Below, in pieces: positions 19,099 through 26,491 of a stretch of DNA of 32,000 nucleotides. The position numbers and the translations under genes are program-made. Source of the stretch: Pyrodictium delaneyi. GTDB lineage: Archaea > Thermoproteota > Thermoprotei_A > Sulfolobales > Pyrodictiaceae. Every line of letters starts with the position of its first letter. The first letter of the stretch is position 1. The DNA lies in assembly GCF_001412615.1 (NCBI RefSeq), contig NZ_CP013011.1:1710001-1742000 (forward strand), read 5' to 3'. The notes below the pieces were generated by a model. The model saw only the letters and a list, made by a program, of their open reading frames with translations, was not told the origin of the DNA and made no database searches.

Positions 19099-20643
19099 AT
19101 GTTGCTTCATGAAAATGAAGAGACACGAAAGCCTGGCCTCTACATAGTCTATAGTGGTCTCGTCAATGCTGATTCCCAGCTTCTATCTTCCGGAGACTAC
19201 GTGGTATCCGAACACGGCGTCAAAGCAGTGGAAGAATCGATCATTATCTACGCTGATAACGATTGTGCGCGTATAGTTCTAACCTTTGGAGAAGAAGAAA
19301 CATGTACGGTGGGAGATCTTGTTTACCGCGATCCTGTTGTAGTTGAACCCCATACACCCGTTATTGAAGCAGTCAGAGTAATGCATCGTGAGGGTGTATC
19401 TTCGATAATCGTTGTCGACCAGCAAAGACGCCCTATAGGTATTTTTACTGATACTGATCTCCGCCGCCTCGTTGCACTCGGTAAAGATTTGTCCAAGCCT
19501 ATATCCGTGTTTATGACCCCTAGACCGTTAACTATAGGGCCTAATGCATCATGTATGGAAGCAGCCTTCATGATGATGAATAGATACGTCAAACACCTAG
19601 TAGTAGTGGATGATGTAGGTAAGGTTGCTGGAGTTATTACTGTACGTGATATAGCCTATGCTGAAGCTCTTGGTCCCCTTTACATGCTTCGGCGCATACG
19701 TAGCGCCTCCACTGTAGAGGAACTTGGAGCACGTTACCGTGAACTAGTCAAGCTTCTCCGAAAGGAGGCGCGTCGGTTACATCCTAGTGGTGGGGGTCGC
19801 GAGGCTGTTCACCTTATTCGTATGGCGAGTTTGGCTCTACGAGGTGTTATGTCGAAGGCTGTTGAATTAGCTGTAAAAGAGCTCGACATCAAGGAGAGCG
19901 GGTTTGCTTATCTGGCACTTGGTAGTAATGGTAGGCTTGAGCAGTTTCTGGCAAGCGATAGAGACACCATGATGGTGTATTGGGAGATAAGTGGGCAGAA
20001 AGCGCAGAGACTAGCTGAAGCTATTGAAGACATACTTGATAGAGTTGGATTCCCGGGATGCCGACATGGATATACTGCGCGCAGACTCCTTTATAGTAGA
20101 GAGGAATTGGCTGAACAATTACGTTCCATGTCATCTAATCTCGTAAACGAGAGCATAATCTTAATGAGCCTGATGTTTGATGCTGTTACCGTCTACGGTG
20201 ATTCGAATACTGCGCGTTGGCTGCGGAGAAGTATAGCGGAGTCGCTATCTAGTTCGAAGAGTTACATTCTGAGCACCATGACTATGTATAGGCCTAAACT
20301 AGGTTTAGCGGGTAGATTGCCCCATGAAATCGACTTGAAGGCCCATGGTCTTGCACCTATAGTATACACTATCAAGGCATTTTCAATAGCAGAGTCCATC
20401 TGGGAGCCTGTAAACACGCTGGATAGACTAACAGCCCTTGTAGCCAGAAACATAATTCCTAGCGACTTGGCTGCAGAAGTTGTTGAAGCTTATCGTACCC
20501 TTTCCGCATTTACTGTATGGGCTCAAGCACTACATGGCAGCACTAGAATAGATACTGGCGAGTTAAGCGGCTTCGAGAGATCTGTTCTGCGTTCTGCCCT
20601 ACGTTCTGTGCAACGCCTCGTAGATTATGCTAGAAGGAGGTGA
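19099..20643 (+). CDS. CBS-pair plus Pol-beta-superfamily nucleotidyltransferase (DUF294-like) signal-transduction protein
   Basis: 514 aa. Two CBS motifs span roughly residues 76-190. The NTase signature ALGSNGRLEQFLASDRDTMMV (G[SG]-x10-DxD) is encoded at 19921-19965. A helical C-terminal domain follows, as in the DUF294 substrate-binding domain. The first 70 or so residues look like a remnant of a cNMP-binding beta-barrel. Confidence 0.78.
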   Translation: MLLHENEETRKPGLYIVYSGLVNADSQLLSSGDYVVSEHGVKAVEESIIIYADNDCARIVLTFGEEETCTVGDLVYRDPVVVEPHTPVIEAVRVMHREGVSSIIVVDQQRRPIGIFTDTDLRRLVALGKDLSKPISVFMTPRPLTIGPNASCMEAAFMMMNRYVKHLVVVDDVGKVAGVITVRDIAYAEALGPLYMLRRIRSASTVEELGARYRELVKLLRKEARRLHPSGGGREAVHLIRMASLALRGVMSKAVELAVKELDIKESGFAYLALGSNGRLEQFLASDRDTMMVYWEISGQKAQRLAEAIEDILDRVGFPGCRHGYTARRLLYSREELAEQLRSMSSNLVNESIILMSLMFDAVTVYGDSNTARWLRRSIAESLSSSKSYILSTMTMYRPKLGLAGRLPHEIDLKAHGLAPIVYTIKAFSIAESIWEPVNTLDRLTALVARNIIPSDLAAEVVEAYRTLSAFTVWAQALHGSTRIDTGELSGFERSVLRSALRSVQRLVDYARRR

Positions 20644-21268
20644 AACTACTATAGTAGTACGTAGAGGTTATGTGGCGCTCGACATAGAAGCTACATGTCT
20701 TAACGCTAGAAAGTGTCAGCTAGTATCAGCGGTTGCGTTGCCGTTCTCGGATAAAGGCATAGACCTTTCTAGGGCGGTCTACTTTGTTGAGCCTCCTAGA
20801 GGTAATGCAGGGACATCGGCACTTATACATGGAATTGTCCGTTCAACTATAGGTATTGGTTCATTTTACGACATTATTGAGGCCATTAAGAAGCGCATAC
20901 TTATAGTCTATGGTAGGCATGATGTAGAGTTTATCGTAGAGGAGGCTAAACGAAGGGATATCAGTATCGGAGAGATGTGTTACGTTGACGTACTCTCGTG
21001 GATTCTAAGTATACCTTGCTGGCAAGAAGAAGCTAGAAAACGTGGGCGTTTTACGCTTGAGGATGCTCTTGAAGTAATTCTCGGGATTGTTTTGCCACGG
21101 CGGAGATTTCACGATCCTCTCAGTGATGCAGTTCACGTAGCATTGTTGTTTGTCCATCTGACAAATAGGCTGGGGAAACCTCCAGTAAAATGTGCTAAAA
21201 GTAATAGATCTAGTATCATTCATGCATTCAGACACTTTACTAAAAAGATAATTATGAAGCCTTTTTAG
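20627..21268 (+). CDS. DEDDh-type 3'-5' exonuclease (DnaQ/epsilon-like)
   Basis: 213 aa. Exo I is YVALDIEAT, an Exo II-like segment is VYGRHDVEFIV, and Exo III is FHDPLSDAVHVA (H-x4-D). The start overlaps the NTase gene by 17 nt. Confidence 0.78.
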   Translation: MLEGGETTIVVRRGYVALDIEATCLNARKCQLVSAVALPFSDKGIDLSRAVYFVEPPRGNAGTSALIHGIVRSTIGIGSFYDIIEAIKKRILIVYGRHDVEFIVEEAKRRDISIGEMCYVDVLSWILSIPCWQEEARKRGRFTLEDALEVILGIVLPRRRFHDPLSDAVHVALLFVHLTNRLGKPPVKCAKSNRSSIIHAFRHFTKKIIMKPF

Positions 21269-21337
21269 CTATACATTGGAGAGGCTGTAGTAGTTAACTG
21301 TTTAAGTAGGCTAGTGGGTACCATTACTATATTCTAC

Positions 21338-21471
21338 GGGTGGAGCCCCGGGGGCAAATGAGGCAGAACACCGGCCCCATGAGGGGCTGTGACATGCGGG
21401 CTATATGCTGAGGATTCTGCGATGAGGAGGTGCCGCGGCTCGGGCTATCTTGGGATAGAGCTTCGGCTCCA
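21338..21471. other. GC-rich structured island, a candidate ncRNA or structured leader
   Basis: About 60% GC inside an AT-richer spacer. There is a 7-bp stem 21372-21378/21383-21389 with an AUGA loop, a hairpin ctatc-ttgg-gatag at 21445-21458, and gagc-UUCG-gctc at 21458-21469. Long-range pairing joins 21341-21347 (tggagcc) with 21465-21471 (ggctcca). The palindromes gccgcggc (21432-21439) and gcccc-g-ggggc (21345-21355) are also present. Confidence 0.3.
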
Positions 21472-21500
21472 GAATATGAAAATGGCGAGGTGTGTGGTTA

Positions 21501-21752
21501 ATGGCAGATGAGAGGGTTGTAGCTTTTGTACTAGCTGTTACTGAAATAGGTAAAGAATATGATGTAGCTGAGAAAATACGAGAAGTAGCTAAGCAAGCTG
21601 GTGTAGATGTAGAAGCGTATGTAGTCTATGGGGAATATGATGTAGCTGCAAAGATAGTGGCCGATGGTCTACGTAAAATAGATAGAGCTGTAACTATGAT
21701 ACGAACCCTTCCAGGTGTTCTACGTACAGTTACACTGATAGCTGCAGAGTGA
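21501..21752 (+). CDS. stand-alone RAM (Lrp/AsnC ligand-binding) domain protein
   Basis: 83 aa from the ATG at 21501, with GAGGTG at 21487-21492 lying 8 nt upstream. VVAFVLAV..G.EYDVAEKIREV..V.EAYVVYGEYDVAAKIVA....KIDRAVT.IRTLPGVLRTVTLI fits the AsnC_trans_reg/RAM beta-alpha-beta-beta-alpha-beta pattern. There is no HTH domain. Confidence 0.72.
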   Translation: MADERVVAFVLAVTEIGKEYDVAEKIREVAKQAGVDVEAYVVYGEYDVAAKIVADGLRKIDRAVTMIRTLPGVLRTVTLIAAE

Positions 21753-22029
21753 AGACACAGATTATAGCCAGGTTATAGCGAGTCAATGTAGCCCCCAGAA
21801 ATAATCAAAATCGTTGATGTACCACATGCTTCTTCCGTAATTTTTGGCTTGACCAGACCATGGTGCAAGCTGATGGGTGATTTAGGGTGTCACTAATCAA
21901 TTGTCTAATGAATTCTCGGACCACCTCGGCAGCTAAGGGGGTATCGGATTCTGTATAGTAGTTCCTTGATTGGTTTCGCTGAAGTAGTTGTAATGGCAAC
22001 TAGTAGCTACGGCTTGGGGCGCTAGAAGT

Positions 22030-22737
22030 ATGATGTTTGGACACCTAGCTATAGGAGAGCTGCGTAGGGTATGTGGGAATACATTATCAGTATCGGTGCT
22101 AGAAGATAACAGATGTAGGTATAAAAGAGGTAACACAACAGTCATAGTTCCATGTGATAGTGTTTCTATCTATCCTGCGCCACCTATTTTCTATCCAGAA
22201 CATATAACCAATTATATAATGATACGTTTCAAAGAACCTATCGTAGTTAAACCAGGCTCTTCCGAGAAGTTCTGGACCCTCGTAGACTTTGATGTAGTAG
22301 CCGTTGTAGGTTCCGGGTCCACTAGCTATGAAATCGTAGACGCCTTTCCGTCCACAGGTATGTGTAAATATGCTCTCTACGGTTCGCCCAGTCGTGGAAT
22401 ACTATCTAGGTATATAGTGACTAGGGTCTATGGAGAGTCTAAGAGTGAAGAATGTAGAGCCACTATAGCTATAAATATAGTAAACAAATCTATGAAGCCA
22501 GTCAAGATTTCGCGTATTGTCTTTCCAGGACACTCTTTTTCGCTGTTCTATAGCCAAGATAGCGTAATAGGGTCTAGCTTGTATGTCACTGTAACGAGCC
22601 CCTTTACAGCAGTTGTATCACTTCGTGAGCCAAGTATTAGCAATATGCACAGGGCACCTAGGCTAATCGAGCAACGTGTTGTGGCTAGTGTACAACCTAG
22701 ATGGAGTCAAAGTTTTGTGATGAGCTATGGACTTTAA
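22030..22737 (+). CDS. hypothetical beta-rich protein
   Basis: 235-aa ORF with an ATG start and no TM segment or signal peptide. I could not securely recall a family for it. Its stop overlaps the stop of the next gene convergently (ttaa at 22734-22737). Confidence 0.5.
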   Translation: MMFGHLAIGELRRVCGNTLSVSVLEDNRCRYKRGNTTVIVPCDSVSIYPAPPIFYPEHITNYIMIRFKEPIVVKPGSSEKFWTLVDFDVVAVVGSGSTSYEIVDAFPSTGMCKYALYGSPSRGILSRYIVTRVYGESKSEECRATIAINIVNKSMKPVKISRIVFPGHSFSLFYSQDSVIGSSLYVTVTSPFTAVVSLREPSISNMHRAPRLIEQRVVASVQPRWSQSFVMSYGL

Positions 22738-23261
22738 CGTTTAAGCTTTACTATAGTTATGCCTGCATCTTCTTTGGTCACTTCTGCGCCATAACTTTCT
22801 GCAATACCCTCTACAATATTCTTTACAGCTTCTTCGCTAGGTCTAGTTGATGGCAGTATGACTATCTTGTCGCGCTCTCTTATTGCTATCCTGGAATCCT
22901 CTAGAATAATGTCAAGTGCCTCCTCTAGCCCAACACCTAGGCTCTTGAGGAGAGCGCCTAGCTTCTTTCCCTCAAGTCGTGCTTGCTCACTGAGGGAGGA
23001 GTTATTGCAACTATCAAGCAGGGATATCGGTAAGAAGGTTACACCAGCACGATGAAGCTTACTATATATAAGCGCTTTCCTCAATACTATTGGTGCAAAT
23101 AGGTTGTTGGTCTCTGCTTCAATAGCGCCAGTCAGAAGAGCACGCATATAGGCTGATATAGTCATTCCGTGTCTAGCAGCTATGTCCTTTATAGTGTCGG
23201 CTAACTCAGAGTCTATCATTAACGGCCTACGTTTCCTGGTGGTGCCTCCTGTGGAGGTCAT
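22734..23261 (-). CDS. ribbon-helix-helix (CopG-like) domain protein with a C-terminal extension, paralogue 1
   Basis: 175 aa. LMIDSELADTIKDIAARHGMTISAYMRALL fits the RHH beta-strand/helix/helix pattern. Its architecture is similar to the adjacent 199-aa protein. Confidence 0.6.
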   Translation of the reverse strand: MTSTGGTTRKRRPLMIDSELADTIKDIAARHGMTISAYMRALLTGAIEAETNNLFAPIVLRKALIYSKLHRAGVTFLPISLLDSCNNSSLSEQARLEGKKLGALLKSLGVGLEEALDIILEDSRIAIRERDKIVILPSTRPSEEAVKNIVEGIAESYGAEVTKEDAGITIVKLKR

Positions 23262-23288
23262 GGTTATTCAACCCTCAAAGCCCGAGAG

Positions 23289-23888
23289 CTAATGCTTCTT
23301 TCCTTGCTCTTTAGTGGGCTTGGTATACTCTACTACAAGTATAGAGCTATAACTTTCCACGTTGTTAACCCGCAGTCCCCACGCTTCTAGTATCTTTGTT
23401 GAAATTGCTTTCAGAAGCTCTATCATGTTCTCTGATACTGGCTCGGCTAGTGTGATAACTATCTTCCCGTTATAATCGTCGTCTATCTCGTCAATGGAAG
23501 CATTGGGTATGAATAAGTATATGATGTCCTTGGGTGTAACGTTGTCCATGTTCCGCAGCTTCACAGAAACGGCTATGGATGCTGCTAATGACTGTATTTC
23601 TGCTATAAACTTGTCACGAGTAGTAGGATCAGCAGAATCTATGAGCTGTGATAGGCCACGTTGGGGTACCATAACTCCTCCAAGCCGATGCATGTCGGTA
23701 AGTAGAATCGCTTCAGTAAATATAGAGGATATATTATCCTTGCCGTGGAAAGCACGGGCAGCAAAAGACAAGATAAGAGTAACAAGTTCAGACACTGTAA
23801 GTCCAGAACGTTTCGCTATAGAAGCTAGATCGTTGAGGATATTCTCTGGAACCGCTATAAGCTTCTTCGAGCCCTTCGAGCCCGGCAT
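23289..23888 (-). CDS. ribbon-helix-helix (CopG-like) domain protein with a C-terminal extension, paralogue 2
   Basis: 199 aa. LIAVPENILNDLASIAKRSGLTVSELVTLIL is the RHH segment. It shares ..HR.GG/AGV..P.. and ..KIVI(T/L).. segments with paralogue 1. A TATA-like atatgtatatc (reverse complement of about 23905-23918) lies about 20-30 nt upstream of the ATG. Confidence 0.6.
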   Translation of the reverse strand: MPGSKGSKKLIAVPENILNDLASIAKRSGLTVSELVTLILSFAARAFHGKDNISSIFTEAILLTDMHRLGGVMVPQRGLSQLIDSADPTTRDKFIAEIQSLAASIAVSVKLRNMDNVTPKDIIYLFIPNASIDEIDDDYNGKIVITLAEPVSENMIELLKAISTKILEAWGLRVNNVESYSSILVVEYTKPTKEQGKKH

Positions 23889-24190
23889 GTAGGCCCCTCA
23901 CTCCATTAGATATACATATTGCGTGAAAGGTCAACCGAGAGCGAGGAACGGAACCCTCGAATAGAGTAATATCTGATTCCTAATGTGAGGGCGCTGTGAA
24001 ACCAGCTTGACCACTACCCCTCTACCGGATGATCTACCTCATATCAGCCTATTATTTGCTTCCTCTACTCCTAGTGGTGAGAACGTATGCTTTCCCTGTC
24101 TTAACCTCTGAGACAGTAGCTAAGGTACTAGGTCTAGCTCAACAGAGCCCAATATAGGCTTGATAGGACGGAATGCTGTAAGCGGGAAGA

Positions 24191-24206
24191 AAACATTAGA
24201 ATGTTT
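24191..24206 (-). terminator. hairpin plus T-rich run downstream of the 663-aa gene
   Basis: On the minus strand this reads aaacat-tcta-atgttt followed by tcttcc, giving GTTTTCTT. It lies about 50 nt after the stop at 24258. Confidence 0.25.
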
Positions 24207-24257
24207 GTTGATATATGACCTCCCTGGTTACCGCTATCCCCGGCTAATCGTTATACT

Positions 24258-26249
24258 TCACGTAATTATTAGAGCTTTTGAGCCGTCTCTTAGCACCTCT
24301 TGTATAATACTGAGCGGAAACGGAGCCTCATTGTACCCGGTGTAGTTTATTGACGTAGTCTTCGCAAGTGCTGGCTGTGCGCGGGTGCTATAGCGTATCT
24401 CTACCTGTGAGCCAGGGACTACTTCGTAGACTATCATGCCGGGGTCCTGTAGCGTGGTAGTCCTCTCTACCACTAGTGCGCCATTGCATCCTGCGAATGT
24501 GGTCGTATCGTTTAGCACTGTTATTGTAGCAACTAGTTTAGCCAAGCTAGAGGGCTCTACATGCATATTGAAAGGTACAGCTATGCTACTAGTCCTAGCG
24601 GTCTCGTTGTGGCTGTGACCTAGATATAATAGGAATTCGGCGCCAACTGGCGCTACGTAGCCTAGGTGCTCATCCATAGTGACGACGTCTACGGGGTCTA
24701 CAAGGTATGGCACCCAGCTTCCTATCCCGGCAGCGTATACTATCTCCAGGACTACTACCCCAGCAGCCGCGGTATAACCCAAGTACTTAAGCATCATAGG
24801 CGATATAGTTATAGCCTTAACTATCGTGCTGCTGAGCGCTACTGGTCTCAGCACAGTCACCGTGTACACGGGCTTCTGTACAAGAGGAAGCCATGCTGGG
24901 TCAAGACTGCTCGTTGGGGACACTATTAGCTTGCCTGGATCGTATGTATTTACGGGGAATACATGGAGTTTTATCGACACGTATACCGGTGGGTAGCTGA
25001 TCTTCGCTGTACCCACGTAGTTGTTGTCGCGGATTATCTGTGAAGTAATGTAGCAGCGGTAAGGATCCTTAATGAAGTACTCGTGAACCTTGGCCCCTTG
25101 TAGCCTGGGCACTAGTGTTACCACTATGGTCTCCGGGTTAGCATCCTTTGTCACTAGGAATGGTATTGTGAGAGAGCCAGCAACCCCGACAGCCTCGTAG
25201 CCTACCTTTACACCACCAGTAAGCGGTATGTAGCCAGGCACCTTGTACTCGGTAAAATGCTGCCAATAGCCAGTGCACGAGCCCCGGCTATACCGTTTCC
25301 TCCATACATCCCCCGTGTGTAGAAACCCGGCAGCATCTATCGATAATCCTGGCAGTCTAGAGCCGTAGCTATAGGGGTTTCCTAGTCGCCAGCAATAGCC
25401 GCTATTGGCTGGGACACTAACCCAGACAGCAGCCTCCCGGTGGCGCAGCAGGAGAAGACCACCAGCTAGCGGCTCCAGTATGCGCTCGTAGACGTACATC
25501 GTCTTCCTCTGGCCAGGCCTCAGCTCTATACTACTGCTTCTCTGCACATCACTAACCGGCAGCCCTGTGATAGCCGTGACGAGAGTACGCTCCGGGTCAA
25601 CATTCACGCCGGGAAGCAGTCCACTAGCGGCTACAGAGACCGGATTAACACCCAGCAGAAGAGGAGCCGTAGCCCACACAGGCTGCAGCAATGGACCATA
25701 GCTTATCTCTAAAACCTTCTCGATAACAGCATCTGCTGTAGCCTCCGCAATAGATGCAGTATCCAGGCCGGGTGCAGCGCATGACGTCGCATTATACAGC
25801 AGCTCCAAGCCATTTACCCGAGACCCCTCCAGGCACGGCTTACTAGGGTCAAGCTCGTAGCGGTAAAGCCATGCACCACCACTACGCCCTACAACAACAA
25901 GCTCAACATACCCACTACAAGGTATATCAACGACAACAGTGTTGTTCCTGTCGAACTGCCTGGTATACAGCAGCTTGCCACTAGACGCGTCAAAAACCTC
26001 GACAAGCCCCGGCTCAAACCCCTTCACTATGGGCTCAACCCTCAGCTGAGCACTAAGCCATCCCGAACTATTGCAGCTGCCGAGTGGCTCAAGCGTCATC
26101 CGCGGAGGCACCGACAAAGCCGCAGCATGTTCCGCAGCACTCCGAACCCCGGCAACACCCTGCGAGACAACAGCAGCCAAGACAGCAAGAGCAACTACAG
26201 TCATAGAAGCCAAGAGTACACCGTCAAAGAGACTACCATACCCCCTCAA
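24258..26249 (-). CDS. large exported/membrane-anchored protein with a class III (type IV pilin-like) N-terminus, function unknown
   Basis: 663 aa with a TTG start. The N-terminus MRG-YGSLFDGVLLASMTVVALAVLAAVVSQGV has a short charged tip, then R-G, then a stretch of about 25 hydrophobic residues, and the remainder is beta-rich with several Cys. Three hand-counted 60-nt lines inside the gene gave 58-62% GC, against about 47% in one line of the adjacent S-layer-like gene. Confidence 0.7.
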   Translation of the reverse strand: MRGYGSLFDGVLLASMTVVALAVLAAVVSQGVAGVRSAAEHAAALSVPPRMTLEPLGSCNSSGWLSAQLRVEPIVKGFEPGLVEVFDASSGKLLYTRQFDRNNTVVVDIPCSGYVELVVVGRSGGAWLYRYELDPSKPCLEGSRVNGLELLYNATSCAAPGLDTASIAEATADAVIEKVLEISYGPLLQPVWATAPLLLGVNPVSVAASGLLPGVNVDPERTLVTAITGLPVSDVQRSSSIELRPGQRKTMYVYERILEPLAGGLLLLRHREAAVWVSVPANSGYCWRLGNPYSYGSRLPGLSIDAAGFLHTGDVWRKRYSRGSCTGYWQHFTEYKVPGYIPLTGGVKVGYEAVGVAGSLTIPFLVTKDANPETIVVTLVPRLQGAKVHEYFIKDPYRCYITSQIIRDNNYVGTAKISYPPVYVSIKLHVFPVNTYDPGKLIVSPTSSLDPAWLPLVQKPVYTVTVLRPVALSSTIVKAITISPMMLKYLGYTAAAGVVVLEIVYAAGIGSWVPYLVDPVDVVTMDEHLGYVAPVGAEFLLYLGHSHNETARTSSIAVPFNMHVEPSSLAKLVATITVLNDTTTFAGCNGALVVERTTTLQDPGMIVYEVVPGSQVEIRYSTRAQPALAKTTSINYTGYNEAPFPLSIIQEVLRDGSKALIIT

Positions 26250-26381
26250 GGCCCACTCCAGAGACTACCCCAAGTTCACAACCAGTCCATGGAGGAGGGG
26301 CGAGCCGAAACTAAGAGCGGAAGGGGGAGGCATAGCAGGGATGAGGATCCTTCTTAAGGCATCCGGGGACATGAGTACACC

Positions 26382-26400
26382 AGTGTATACTAGTGTATAC
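26382..26400. promoter_or_regulatory. tandem AGTGTATAC repeats (two GTATAC palindromes one helical turn apart)
   Basis: agtgtatac occurs at 26382-26390 and again at 26392-26400, inside the 242-bp divergent spacer. It lies 92-110 nt upstream of the ATG at 26492. It is the only AT-rich, TATA-like sequence in an otherwise C/A-rich spacer. Confidence 0.35.
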
Positions 26401-26491
26401 ACCTGCAGCCATACACCCCAAAAACCCCACCAACCCTACCACACAATCCGGCCCAAAAGGTACAACCTACAAGGCAAAGGGTGCGTAAACC

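Noticed and set aside
21805-22145. Two mutually overlapping minus-strand ORFs (64 aa and 70 aa) in the spacer before 22030.
   Set aside because: They overlap each other and the 5' end of the 235-aa gene, and they have no RBS or TATA context or recognisable motifs. They are probably non-coding, but the 277-bp spacer remains unexplained.
24160-24929. Plus-strand ORFs 24160..24345, 24436..24618 and 24666..24929.
   Set aside because: They are antisense to, or overlap the 3' end of, the 663-aa gene. They are short and lack start context.
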